Assembly: GCA_036785375.1 (NCBI GenBank)
Contig: JAWMAR010000102.1
Coordinates: 6,696,001-6,760,000, forward strand
Direction of reading: 5' to 3'
Source of the DNA: Leucoraja ocellata
Taxonomy: Eukaryota
DNA length: 64,000 nt
A program made the translations under genes and the position numbers. Below are positions 1 to 12,985 of this stretch, piece by piece. The notes beneath the pieces were generated by a model. It did no database searches, was not told the origin of the DNA, and worked only from the letters and a program-made list of their open reading frames with translations. The first letter of the stretch is position 1; every line of letters begins with the position of its first letter.

Positions 1-193
1 TACCATTGGTTTTTTTTTGGGGGGTTTTTTCCAAATTTTATTTGTTAGAAGTACAATACATTGGTACCTTTTTACAGGTTCCCAACGTTATATTAACATA
101 TTACATTCTCTGTACAACTTCCTTTTTTTAATAAAGAAAAAAGTAAGAAGAGAAAAAAGAAAAAGAGGTGGTAAAGAGTGAAGGATAGACTAG

Positions 194-277
194 TGTGTGT
201 GAGTGAGTGAGTGAGTGAGTGAGTGAGTGAGTGAGTGAGTGAGTGAGTGAGTGAGTGAGTGAGTGAGTGAGTGAGTG
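194..277. repeat. (GAGT)n microsatellite
   Basis: About 20 perfect tetranucleotide copies. Confidence 0.98.
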
Positions 278-440
278 AAAGGCGGAAAATGAAAATGGTG
301 AGGAAATGAAATAAGCGAGGGGGGAGAGCAGGAAGGAATTTATTCAATCGCCACAAGGAGATGATTTTTTATGTTCTAGATCGTCTTTCACCCATACCTG
401 AAACTTTTAATTTTCGCGATACTATACTGTTGCACCACAT

Positions 441-787
441 AATAATAATAATAATAATAATAATAAATTTTATTTATGGGCGCCTTTCAAGAGTCTCAAG
501 GACACCTTACAAAAATTTAGCAGGTAGAGGAAAAACATGTAAGGGGAATGAAATAAATAGTAGAGACATGACTAGTACACAAAGTAAAGACAGAATTCAA
601 TACAAAACACAATATGAGGCAATTAATGCACAGATGAAAAGGGAGGGGGACGTGGGGCTAAGGATAGGCAGAGGTGAAGAGATGGGTCTTGAGGCGGGAC
701 TGGAAGATGGTGAGGGACACGGAATTGCGGATCAGTTGGGGGAGGGAGTTCCAGAGCCTGGGAGCTGCCCTGGAGAAGGCTCTGTCC
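441..787 (-). mobile_element. L2-like LINE 3' end with (ATT)n tail
   Basis: Tail at 441-464; CCACAT duplicated at 435-440 and 788-793 (TSD). Confidence 0.7.
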
Positions 788-1931
788 CCACATGACTCCA
801 AGAAATCAATAAATGGGGACCAACTCATTAAGAATTGGTCTTGTTAGCCTATTAGGAGGAGTCTCATTCCTTCCAAATGTGCTGTGTCCAGCATATTACT
901 GATCCACATTTTAAATGTTGGTATATTAGCATTTTTCCAAAATTCAAGTATGAGTTTTTTTGCTATTATTAACCCATAATTAAAGAATGGGTTTTGTTGT
1001 TTATTTAATTTGTTCCCGTCTCCCCTCATTCCAAATATGATCATTTCTGTATTAGGTTCCATTTTTATCTTAAATAATTTTGTGAATATATCAAATTTAT
1101 CACACCAAAATTTATGAAGTTTTATAAAGAAACAGATGAGTGTGTAATATTGGCATTTTGAGAAAGACATTTATCACAGATGGGAGAGATATTTGGATAA
1201 AATGTATTCAACCTAGTTTTTGAATAATATAATCTATGTAATATTTTAAATTGAATTAAATTGTGTCTATCGTTAATTGAACATTTATGTATATATATCA
1301 AATATTTTTGGACTATGTTCAGAGGTCTGATGCTAAAGAAAAGCTGTTCTCATGACAACAAGGGGTTATCAGAAACTATAGGAGCGAGTGCATGCTATAT
1401 TGGAATGAAGTAAAGAATTTCATTGCTCTGCTTGGTACACATGACAATAAAACCCTCTTGAAACAAAATGGGTCAGTAGTATATAAGTGACGGCAGTCAG
1501 AATAACTCAGCATGGCAAAGTGAAGATGCGCCACGGTGGTTAAAGAGTTAACTGCAAATCTCCAGCTTCCCTCGCATTGAATAAAACACCTGGTTTGGGT
1601 GTGTTAAATTTAGAAAAAAAAACTGATGTTAACTCAAAACCACAGATCAACGGGCTTATTTTTCTCCGGTTCTGAGCAAGGTGGGGCCCGGCAAAAAAAG
1701 TGTCAAGATCTTCGTGATGGATTCATTGTTAGAAATTCTGACTGAGAGAAAAAAAAAAATGAGGTGGATTACTTGTTGTTGAACCTGTCTCAGGACACCT
1801 TTGTATTTATATACTGTAATGCTTTGCATTCTTAACTCTGCAAGGCAGATTTTTTTTTTTTTAAAGTTGGGCAGACCCTGTTTGCATACCTGCGAGTCCG
1901 TAAGACTTCAGGACTATACGCGAGGTTTATT

Positions 1932-2294
1932 CTTACAAAATTCTTAAGGGGTTGGACAGGCTAGATGCAGGAAGATTGTTCCAGATGTTTGGGACGTCCA
2001 GAACAAAGGTTCACAGTTTAAGGATAAGGGGGAAGTCTTTTAGGACCGAGATGAGAAAAACAATTTTCACACAGAGGGTGGTGAATCTGTGGAATTCTCT
2101 GCCACAGACGGTAGTTGAGGCCAGTTCATTGGCTATATTTAAGAAGTGTGGCCCTTGTGGCTAAAGGGATCAGGGGGTATGGAGAGAAGGCAGGTGCAGG
2201 ATACTGAGTTGGATGATCAGCCACGATCATATTGAATGGCGGTGCAGGCTTGAAGGGCCGAATGGCCTACTCCTGCACCTATTTTCTATGTTTC
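1932..2294 (+). mobile_element. CR1/HER1-like LINE 3' end
   Basis: RT C-terminus (FTQRVVNLWNSLP) and a 3'UTR ending in a CTATGTTT-type tail; many near-identical copies in the window. Confidence 0.9.
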
Positions 2295-2734
2295 ATTGAT
2301 GGTGTCATCATGAACTACTTCCCAGACAACACTTAACCCATCAATAAATCAGCTGATCTGGCAGGCGGTAGAGACAAGAAAGTTAGTTTGGACACCAGCT
2401 TAGTTCCCATGCAGTGCAGTGCAGAGCAATGGAGAGTTAATATCGGCCTCGGCATCAAGCTACGCTGGGGAACAGGTCACACATGCTTGACGCAGGTACG
2501 AACAATGAAGGTGCAACTGGTGGAAGCCAAAGAAACTGCAGGATCATCTAAAAATGTTGAAAAGGTTCAGCAAGTCAGGCAGCATCTCTGAGAAAGGCAG
2601 ACTGCGTTAATGCTTAAGGTCAAAGAGCTTTCGTTGGAACTGGGAAAGAATGAAAACAAGTTCGTAGAGTTGTAGTGAGGCAGGGGAAACAGGCCCTTTG
2701 GCCCACACTGTCTGTGCTGAACATAATACCAAGA

Positions 2735-3107
2735 TAGAAAAAAATTACTGGAGAAGCTCAGCGGGTGAGGCAGCATCTACGGAGTGAAGGGATAGGTGAC
2801 GTTTCGGGTCGAGACCCATAAGGGTCTCGTCCCGAAACGTCACCTATTCCTTCGGGATTTCGACCCGAAACGTCACCTATTCCTTCGGGATTTCGACCCG
2901 AAACGTCACCTATTCCATCGGGATTTCGACATGAAACGTCACCTATTCCATCGGGATTTCGACCCGAAACGTCACCTATTCCATCGGGATTTCGACCCGA
3001 AACGTCACCTATTCCTTCGCTCCATAGATGCTGCCTCACCCGCTGAGTTTCTCCAGCATTTCTTTCTACCTTCGATTTTTCCAGCATCTGCAGTTCTTTC
3101 TTGAACA
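2735..3107. mobile_element. palindromic Penelope-derived mini-element with 6 x 33-bp internal array
   Basis: Inverted arms; array at 2818-3015; flanking duplication GAACATAAT(A/G)CCAAGA. Confidence 0.85.
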
Positions 3108-3327
3108 TAATGCCAAGAGAAGCTAGTTTCTTCTGCCTATCCTCTTTTTAAGCAATGGGACCAAAACTGTGCGCAGGATTCCTGGTGAAGACTCACTAAC
3201 AACCCGTATAACTGGAACTAAACCTCCTTTTTGTAAACTCTAACCCCTTGCAACAAAAGCCAACATTGAATTTGCCTTCTCTGCTACTTGTTGGGACTGC
3301 CAGCCAACTTCTCGGTTTCATGCACCA

Positions 3328-3613
3328 GTGACACAGCGGTAGAGTTGCTGCATTACAGCACTCGCAGTGCCAGAGATCTGGGTTCGATCCCAACTACGGG
3401 TGCTGACTGCACGGAGTTTGCATGTTCGCCCTGTGACCTGCGTGGGTTTTCGCCAAGATCTGCAGTTTCCTCCCGCTCTCCAAGGCCGTACAGGTTTGTC
3501 GGTTCATTGTCCCTAGTGGGTGCAGGATAGTGTTAATGTGCGGGGATCGTTGGTCGGTGTGGATCCGATGGGCCAAAGCGCCCGTTTCCATGCTATATTT
3601 CTAAACTAAACTA
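3328..3613 (+). mobile_element. HE1-like tRNA-derived V-SINE
   Basis: A/B-box head (GGTTCGATCC), conserved core, CR1-like tail ending (CTAAA)n. Confidence 0.88.
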
Positions 3614-4800
3614 CTTAGTTCCCTCTGAACTCACTGATGAGCTAGTTAACGTGGAACTAACAATCAGTGCAGCAGGCACCAGCATAGCCCCCTGTAAATA
3701 GCCTGTCAGAGTTGGGATTAGGTGTATTATTGCCACATGTGCCAAGGTACAGTGCATGCCACCCAAACAGATAATACAGGAACACAATCAAGCCGAACTC
3801 TAGTGCAACAGGTAGAGCAAAGGGGAAAGGGGTGGAAGATTGCAACCTTCACGTGGTCCGCCCGGTTTCAACTAATGCAATCAACTCGACGTGCACAAAC
3901 GGAAGATCAAATAGAACAAGTTGTCCATCAACGTTAGGCTGTGCACATCACACGAAAGAAGAAGAAGCAAAGGGGAAGATACAGAGTGCAGAATACAGTT
4001 CTCAGATTTGCCCCCTTCTTGAAAATGGCCTCTTTCGCAAGTCCATGAAGTCACTTTGCAAGCTCCCCTTGTACATGTTCAACACAAGAGGGTATAGGTA
4101 AAAGGTGAGAGGGGAGAAAGTTTCATGGATATGTGCGGGGGAGGTTTTTTTACACAGTGGGTAATATGGGGGGGGGGGGGGGGGGTGTGCTGCTGGGGAT
4201 GGAGGTGTTTAAGAGGCTTTTAGATAGGCAGATGGAAGCACAAACATAGAGGGATCTGGATCATGTGCCGGCAGAGGAGATTAGACTGACTTGGCAGCAT
4301 GTACGGCACAAACATTACAGGCCAAAGGGCTCGTTTCTGTGCTGTACTGTTCTGTGTGAACAAGGAGGCTTGAATGCAAGCCAGAAGTTCTTGTCAGTCA
4401 AGTTTTGGAAATCATAGCCGTTACCCCTTTCTACAAACAGCCTCTATTGCCAATTAGCGAGCGCTGTGTGAATAATGACGGCTCGGGCAGTGAGATGGAC
4501 AACAAACAACACCCGCTGAACCAAAACCCAACGCTTCTTAATAATGTTTTGAAACCGCTGCCAAGCAATGCAAAACCACACATCACACAAAAATAATAAT
4601 GACTATAACTAGCAGCAGATAAAGTGAATGATGGCATTCCAATCATCTGTGAAACTATGAAGGCTGGATCGCATAAAGGCTACATCTTTGGCAATATTGA
4701 AACATAATACCTCCAATCCAGGGCCATGTAAATGCATGTCTTACAGATGCCTTACAGCAGTGTTGGTGTTTGCTGGAATGCTAAGAATTGACATTCTTAC

Positions 4801-4975
4801 CTACTGCCCACATCACCGTGTCAAAGGACTCTCGTTCTTCAATGTTAGACGCCAGATTTTTCCACACAACCTGCAGTTTGCCATTGTTCAGTTTTTCAAT
4901 TTTGATGGGAGTGCACTTCCAAAAGATGCGGGTGCCGTAAGATGTCATGTAGTCCGTCACCAAGTGAGCCATTTG
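4801..4975 (-). CDS. TXNRD2: TXNRD2 exon 11 (QMAHLVTDYMTSYGTRIFWKC...ESFDTVMWAVG)
   Basis: acgcag and gtaaga sites; 175 nt; matches human QMSSMVIEHMASHGTRF...FDTVLWAIG. I did not find exon 12 in 1-4800, so the gene continues off the left edge. Confidence 0.96.
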
Positions 4976-5120
4976 CTGCGTTAAATGAAGGGGGGAGAGC
5001 ACGTTGAGAAGCAGCAGCATTTATTAATATTGACATCAGGTCCCACATTTGCCACGTTTACCCAGAGACAACTGTGAAGCAACAATTAGAGTTGTTCGCA
5101 TCACCAGCACAGTGGCCGCA

Positions 5121-5526
5121 NNNNNNNNNNNNNNNNNNNNNNNNNNNNNNNNNNNNNNNNNNNNNNNNNNNNNNNNNNNNNNNNNNNNNNNNNNNNNNNN
5201 NNNNNNNNNNNNNNNNNNNNNNNNNNNNNNNNNNNNNNNNNNNNNNNNNNNNNNNNNNNNNNNNNNNNNNNNNNNNNNNNNNNNNNNNNNNNNNNNNNNN
5301 NNNNNNNNNNNNNNNNNNNNNNNNNNNNNNNNNNNNNNNNNNNNNNNNNNNNNNNNNNNNNNNNNNNNNNNNNNNNNNNNNNNNNNNNNNNNNNNNNNNN
5401 NNNNNNNNNNNNNNNNNNNNNNNNNNNNNNNNNNNNNNNNNNNNNNNNNNNNNNNNNNNNNNNNNNNNNNNNNNNNNNNNNNNNNNNNNNNNNNNNNNNN
5501 NNNNNNNNNNNNNNNNNNNNNNNNNN
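5121..5526. other. assembly gap (N run)
   Basis: Run of Ns. Confidence 1.
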
Positions 5527-5858
5527 TTTCACTTTCTCCCTGTAACTGCGAGGTTTACTCTGGGTGCTCCGGTTTCCTCCTACATCCCAAAGACGTGCGC
5601 GTTTGTCGCTTAAATTGGCCTCTGTTGATTGCGCATCGTGTATCGGGAGTGGGTGACAAAGTGGGATAACATAGAACCTGCGTGAATGAGCGTGGACTGA
5701 GTGGTCCATGGAGCCTGTTTCCATGCTATGTCTTTCAACCCATTGAACACATATAAAACTAACGTTATAGATCATAAACCAGTTCATTGTCATTTCAGGA
5801 TGTCTCAAACTACATCCCAATAACCAAAACACATTTTGACCTGTTACATTCTCTGACA

Positions 5859-5990
5859 GGGAGATATGCAACGATTCGGGTCGAAACGTTGCCTATTTCC
5901 TTCGCTCCATAGATGCTGCTGCACCCGCTGAGTTTCTCCAGCATTTTTGTGTACCTTCGATTTTCCAGCATCTGCAGTTCCTCCTTAAAC
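5859..5990 (+). mobile_element. PLE mini-element (single arm)
   Basis: Family arm sequence; TSD ACATTCTC(T/G)GACA at 5846-5858 and 5991-6003. Confidence 0.8.
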
Positions 5991-6657
5991 ACATTCTCGG
6001 ACAAACTGTTAAACCATTTCCTAACAAGCATATAACATCACAAAATAGACTAGTCTTGCCCAAACACTACGTTTTTTTCAGATTTCCATACCACTGTTTG
6101 TGGACGTTCTCTGTACTGTAGATGCTAGGCTGTATATATGTCAAGAAGATGTTATATCAATGCAAGTTTCTTTTTTCTAAATGGTCTGACTCACTTCTTT
6201 CAACACTCGATTAGGTTCTGCAGCCTTCAGAAAACACATGTAGCAGTAGCTGGAAATGGGCTTGGCCTCAGTGGGCATTAAGAGCCAAAACGTTTAGCCA
6301 CTGCCTAATCACACTCACTCTTCTATGAGGTTTATCCATGATGGTGCCAGCAATGCGGGACAAATGTTGACCTGCACCGACCAGCCCGGGTCCACCATTG
6401 TTGGATTGGAACAAGGTCTGGCTACTGCCAGCTCAGACAGCACCCACCCTCCTCAGAAGCAGTCACACAGGCAGATCTCCACAGAGAGACACACAAAGTG
6501 CCGGAGTACCTCAGCGGGTCAGGCAGCATCTCTGGAGGAAAAAGGACAGGTGACGTTGGTTGGACAGAACGAGTGTGCGGGTGATTCCTGTATTTCTAAA
6601 CCAAACTAATGGATTGTAATTCAAAATAATGGTTGCATTTATGCAAAATTCTTCTTA

Positions 6658-7529
<872 letters not shown>

Positions 7530-7549
7530 AGCTTGCACCAATAACTAAT
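7530..7549 (-). CDS. TXNRD2: TXNRD2 exon 9, 20-nt microexon (LVIGAS)
   Basis: gttacag acceptor; donor GTATCCTT (U12 type); supplies the NADPH-binding GASY motif in frame between exons 8 and 10. Confidence 0.93.
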
Positions 7550-7592
7550 CTGTAACGAAAGAAAAAGACAAAAGGGAAAAGTTATAACCCAA

Positions 7593-7905
7593 GTTTTAGT
7601 TTTGGAGAAGCAGCACGGAAACAGGCCCTTCGGCCCATCGAGTCCACGCCGACCATCGATCACTCAAGTTCTATGTTATCCCACTTTGGCATCCAATCCC
7701 TACAGACTAGGGGTGATTTATAGAGGCCAATTAACCTACAAACCTGTACGTCTTTGGAGTGTGGGAGGAAACCGGAGCACCCGGAGAAAACCCACGCAGG
7801 TCATGCGGGGAACGTGCAAACTCCATACAGACAGCGGTCCCGCAGTCAGGACCGAACCCGGGTCTCTGGCGCTGTGAGGCAGCGACTCTACCACTGCGCC
7901 ACCGT
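7593..7905 (-). mobile_element. HE1-like SINE
   Basis: Reverse complement of the SINE consensus seen elsewhere in the window. Confidence 0.88.
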
Positions 7906-8569
7906 GTTGTGCCGTGCCGCTTTGGGCCGGGGCCCTTCTTCAGACGGACTGTGGTGGTGGTGGGGAGAAAGCTGGAGGTGAGATGGGGGCAGGACAAAAC
8001 CTGGTGAGTGACAAGTCTGGTCATCGCGCGGAAGGAGATGGTCCGAGAGGAAGAACATAGACAGAGGAATAGAGGAGTTGCAAAATGAGGTGCGGGGAGA
8101 TGTCTGGCAGGGCAGGCTGGGCCGTTCCTCCACTTGCAATGGAACAATAGGGAAATAAAAAACAAGCTGACAACATAGATGGATGGCTGATACAGACAGA
8201 GAAATCCGAGACACTGTCATGCTGTAATTTAGAGCAAAAAATAAACCCATTCATTGAATAGGAATGAACATAGATGGTATGTGTATCATTTTACATTGGG
8301 CTGCACTACAATGCAAGTGCTTAGAAGCAAGCACTTCCTTTCCAGACAGACCCAGGGCCCTTGGGCACTAATCTGCAACAAAACGCTCAAGGTTTAATTT
8401 TATCCAAATATCTTAAGGGATGTTATATATCAAATGAACCACATGCAGACCAAACATCAGTCTGAAGAAGACTCTTTATTTGCATCTGCAGTTGCACCGT
8501 AGAAAGCTTCCTATCAGACTGAATCACAACTTGATTTGGCAACAGCTCTGCCCAAGCCACAGGTGATTG

Positions 8570-9190
8570 AGTCAAGATTCAAGAGAGTTTATTGTCATGT
8601 GTCCCTGATAGGACAATGAAATTCTTGCTTTGCTTCAGCACAACAGAACATAGTAGGCATTGACTACAGAACAGATCAGTGTGTCCATATACCATTTATA
8701 TAAATATATACACACATGGATAAATAAACTGATAAAGTGCAAATAATGGGCTATTAATGTTCAGAGTTTTGCAGCAGGAGACATGTTGGTGGAAGTTAGG
8801 GAGTGATTTCTTTAGGTTTGCCTGATTGAAGTCCCCAGCAATGGTGGTAAATGCCTCGGGGTAGGACGTCTGGTGTTTGTTGACCACGGCGTGCAGCTCC
8901 TCCAGTGCCAGACGGACGTCTGCCTGGGGTGGGATGTAGACCGCGGTCTGGATGATGGAGGTGAATTCCCTTGGGAGGTAGAAGGGACGGCATTTCACCG
9001 GCAGATGTTCGGGGTGTGGAAAGCAGGAGTTGGACAGGACTGCCACGTCTGAGCACCACGCAGAGTTGACCATGAGGCAGACGCCCCCTCCTCTCCCTTC
9101 AGAGCTTCGTGGAGGTAGCCCAGTCGATCGCACAGACCAGACTCCCCCACCACGTCTCCGTCTGCACCTCACGCTGCCTCGGGGAAGCTA
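8570..9190 (-). mobile_element. Rex/Babar-like LINE: endonuclease fragment fused to 3' tail
   Basis: APE motifs GGGVC, AVYIPP and IAGDFN joined directly to the 3'UTR also seen at 42715-42920. Confidence 0.8.
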
Positions 9191-9600
9191 CAGCATAACC
9201 CCGACATCCTCACTTCTCCCCTCGCCTATCGTGCAGAAGATGCTACCAGATTCAGAACAGCTTTTTTTCCCCGTCAGTTATCAGACTGCTGAATGGCTCT
9301 CCCATAGGATGGGGTGTAGCCTCGATCTTCCAACCTACCTCATCGTGGACTGTGGGCTCTTGTCTCTGCAACTTCTCATGGAGTCCACATCACAAGATTG
9401 GAAATTGTTCAGCCACAGCTGAACACACTTCTCGGCACGTGAAACACAATGGCGTCTTGCGCTTCTTGTGCTTCCTGTGCGTAGTGGTGGAAACGGGACT
9501 GTGACGTGACCCCTCTCTGCAACTATAACACTCTAATGTTTTAACATGATATTCTGCACTTTGGCTATTTTCTCTTTGTTACCACCTGTTATATTTGTGC

Positions 9601-9913
9601 GTAGACAAAAGTGCTGGAGAAACTCAGCGGGTGCAGCAGCGTCTATGGAGCGAAGGAAATAGGCAACGTTTCGGGACGAAACCCTTCCGGGTTTCGGCCC
9701 GAAACGTTGCCTATTTCCTTTTGGGTTTCGTCCCGAAACGTTGCCTATTTCCTTCCGGGTTTCGTCCCGAACGTTGCCTATTTCCTTTTGGGTTCCGTCC
9801 CGAAAAGTTGCCTATTTCCTTCCCTCCATAGATGCTGCTGCACCCGCTGAGTTTCTCCAGCACTTTTGTCTACCTTCGATTTCCCAGCATCTGCAGTTCC
9901 TTCTTAAACAACA
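9601..9913. mobile_element. palindromic PLE mini-element with about 4 x 34-bp array
   Basis: Inverted arms; TSD TGTTATA(T/C)TTGTGC at 9587-9600 and 9914-9927. Confidence 0.87.
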
Positions 9914-10424
9914 TGTTATACTTGTGCACTTGCTCGGTTGTACACTTCAGCACCTTGTGTGTCTATCTATGCTGCCGAAACCCGTTGAGTTACTCCAGCA
10001 CTTTGTGTCTTTTTTTCCCCCTAATGAACACTGTGATTGGGCCTGCGGAAATCTACGCTGCACATATTGAAAGAAAAAGCTTTTGCTATGTGTGTGGCCC
10101 ACACAAGACTGAACATCAAGACACTTGAAGGATGAGGTGATGGTGAAATGGATAATCCCTCTAGGCATTAACAATATAACGCCAAGTGAAAGTGTAATAC
10201 ATATTGTAGAGGAACACCAGCCCCAAGGGCTACATCAGTGATGTTAATTCATAATGAGACACGGTGAATATGCCTCCGGCTGATGTCCACAATCCCATCA
10301 TCCATTTATGCTCAACATTTGCACCTCACCAATGTTTCTTTAAGTGCAAATACCACCACCTTCAAGCCAGCTGAAATAAATCTGTTTCGTGCAGACACTG
10401 CAAGCCAGAATGTGCTGGAGTTTG

Positions 10425-10695
10425 TAGATAGGCAATAGACAATAGGTGCAGGAGTAGAGGCCATTCGGCCCTTCGAGCCAGCACCGCCATTCAATGTGAT
10501 CATGGCTGATCATCCCCAATCAGTACCCCGTTCCTGCCTTCTCCCCATATCCCCTGACTCCGCTATTTTTAAGAGCCCTATCCAGCTCTCCCTTGAAAGC
10601 ATCCAGAGAACCGGCCTCCACCGCCCTCTGAGGCAGAGAATTCCACACACTCACAACTCCTTGTGAGAAAAAGTGTTTCCTCGTCTCCGTTCTAA
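10425..10695 (-). mobile_element. CR1 LINE 3' end
   Basis: Same 3'UTR as 28743-29216 and 58206-58592. Confidence 0.88.
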
Positions 10696-11304
10696 AAAGA
10701 TAGATCTGCCGGCCAGCCCTGCCAGACTTCTACCCCAACTCAGAGTAACGCCACGGTCAGGAGGAGCCACAGGATAAGAAACGGCACATTTGACCTTGCA
10801 TTCCACTGCTGGCCACAGCATTGCGTTTCGGGGCAGAGTTCAGAGGTGTGAAATTGTGGGGGCCAGATGCACTTCACATCTCGACACAAAGTGTCGGGGG
10901 AACTCGGCGGGTCAGGCAGCAGATGTGGAGCGAGTGGACAGGTGATGTTTCAGGTCAGGACCCTTCTTCTACAGACCACAGCATCACTGTCCTAAACGTC
11001 ACCTATCCATTCCTTCCACAGATCCTGTCTGAGCCGCTGAGTTCCTCCAGCACTTTGTATTTTGTCAACATTCGAGCCTCTAGTCTAATCTGTTAGCCAA
11101 CGTGGCCAACAACATTCACTTGAACGGAGCCCTGGAGAATTGCAGATAACTGTTTTTCCCTGTTTTAATTCACTCTTTACATCAATTTGTATCATTTAGA
11201 TCTGTAAGTCAACTTAATTATTTTACTTTTATTAATTAAATAATTTTTGAACATTTGTAAATTAATCTCTTCATAAGAGACATTTAAAAGCGCTGGAGGG
11301 TGAG

Positions 11305-11595
11305 GGGGCACAGTGGTGCAGCAGGGTTGCTGCTTTACAGAGACCCGTGTTCAATCTGACTACAGGTGGTCTGGCACGTTCTCCCTGTGACCACGTGGGT
11401 TTTCTCCGGGTGCTCCGGTTTCCTCCCACACTCCGGAGACGTACAGGTTTGTAGGTTCATTGGCTTGGTTAAAAGAAAAAGTAAATAATCCCCGGTGTGT
11501 AGGATAGTGCTAGAGCACGGGGGTCGCTGGTCAGCGCGGACTCGATGGGCTGAAGGGCCTGTTTCCACACCGTATCTCTAAAGTCCAAAGTCTAA
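11305..11595 (+). mobile_element. HE1-like SINE
   Basis: SINE head, core and tail. Confidence 0.85.
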
Positions 11596-11847
11596 AGGGC
11601 CTGTCCCACTTGGAGTTTTTTTTTTCGGCGACTGCCGGCGTCATATCAGGGTCGCCAAAAGATTTTGAACATTCCAAAATCCGGCGGTGACGAAAACCAA
11701 CGTTGCGACACTCGGAAAAACACCGCGTGTCGACATGTCATCACGCCACGTGACGGCCGCATCACGCCGCGACTTTTCCGGCGAGCTGATACGTCAGTCA
11801 ACGATGCCGACAGTCGCCGGAAAACATCGCCAAGTGGGACAGGCCCT
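11596..11847. mobile_element. PIF/Harbinger-type MITE
   Basis: TIR AGGGCCTGTCCCACTTGG / CCAAGTGGGACAGGCCCT; TAA on both sides. Confidence 0.85.
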
Positions 11848-12003
11848 TAAAGCACTGCGAAGACCTTTTAGCAGCAGTGAGGTGACTAAAGGCCATCAGC
11901 AGTATGAGGTGAAGGCCAAGTTACTGTTGTGGATCACTCCACTGTTGTGGCCATCCACCAAAGGAAGGATCGCAGGGCACCTGCATTCACATGGGTGCAA
12001 ACT

Positions 12004-12448
12004 TAAGTCTTCTTAGTCTTAAGCCCCCTTCGGTCATGGCTGATCCATGGGTGTCTCCAGGGTGCTATTCCCCATGTGGAGGACGCCTGTGCGTGACTTT
12101 GTTTAACGTGGGGAGACTGGTGCACAGACAGCCACCCCACGGTCCTTGACAGATCTGGGTCAGGATCCAGTGGCATGGAGTCCAAGACGACCGGAGACCC
12201 TTTTCTGCTGCAACCTTCATCCGCCTTCCCAGCCGTTGTGACGTTAGCTCCACTAAGGTCAGCCATCGTCCTCCGCCTGTTCCACCGTTGAGGTCTTGGT
12301 TGGATTGGCTCTTTGTCAGAGGCCAGACCTCCCCCTCGACCTTACCGCCATGGGTGGCCCTACCAGGAGCGTAGCTCCAGACGGCATCGCTCTCAGGATC
12401 TCAGGTCCACACAAGCTTCTCCACCACAACAAGGTGACAATCCACGGA
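12004..12448 (-). mobile_element. RTE-related short non-autonomous retroelement
   Basis: 5' end TGGATTGTCACCTTGTTGTGGTGG...GTAGGGCCACCCA resembles Rex3/Bov-B 5'UTRs; AAGACT-type simple tail; no RT sequence. Confidence 0.55.
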
Positions 12449-12680
12449 AAGCTAAGTGCAGCATGTAACTTGCATAGGCAGTGACAGCAGGCATCGCTGG
12501 ATGAAGCAGGATCTTTCATGCAGTCAAGTTACAGCCCACAGTACAACTCTCTTCTTGGGAACACAATCTCAATTCAACGCATTTCAGTTGCAAACACAGA
12601 GAAATCAGCCTTCAAGGCAGCTTTTCAGCTTATTGTATTTAAAAAAAATAATAATAATTTTCTTTTGAGCAAGGCCATCA

Positions 12681-12985
12681 GGGCAGCACAGTGGCACAGC
12701 AGTAGAGTTACTGCCCTACAGTGCCAGAGACCCGGGTTTGATCCTGACTACGGGTGCTAACTGTACAGAGTTTGCACGTCCTCCCTATGACCGTGTAGGT
12801 TTTCTCCGGGTGCTCCAGTTTCCTCCCACATTCCAAAGGTGTGCAGGTTTGTAGGTTAATTGGCTTCTGTACAAAAGCGCCCAGTGTGTAGATTAGAATG
12901 AGTGTATGGGTGATCGGTGGCCAGTGCGGGCTCGGTGGGCCAAAGGGCCACAGTCTTCCACGCTGTATGACAGAACTGAACTAAA
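12681..12985 (+). mobile_element. HE1-like SINE
   Basis: SINE head, core and tail. Confidence 0.85.

Larger units (their letters stand above)
9..1310 (-). mobile_element. L1-type LINE 3' fragment (ORF2 C-terminus, 3'UTR, A-tail), split by an L2 insertion
   Basis: ORF 844-1170 resembles L1 ORF2 C-terminus (IIAKKLILEFWK...W); frame WSPFIDFLESCGATV* continues across the insert; T-run at the left end. Confidence 0.75.

Noticed and set aside
2818-3015. CRISPR array (33-bp palindromic repeats)
   Set aside because: No spacers, no cas genes, vertebrate context; the unit derives from the PLE terminal repeat.
3328-3400. tRNA genes at SINE heads
   Set aside because: A/B boxes run straight into the SINE core and tail; no complete cloverleaf.
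1-4800. TXNRD2 exon 12 onward, Sec UGA codon and SECIS
   Set aside because: No matching peptide found by eye; these parts must lie beyond the left edge.
4976-5020. N-terminal extension of ORF 4781-5020 as coding
   Set aside because: It is the intronic pyrimidine tract upstream of the exon 11 acceptor.
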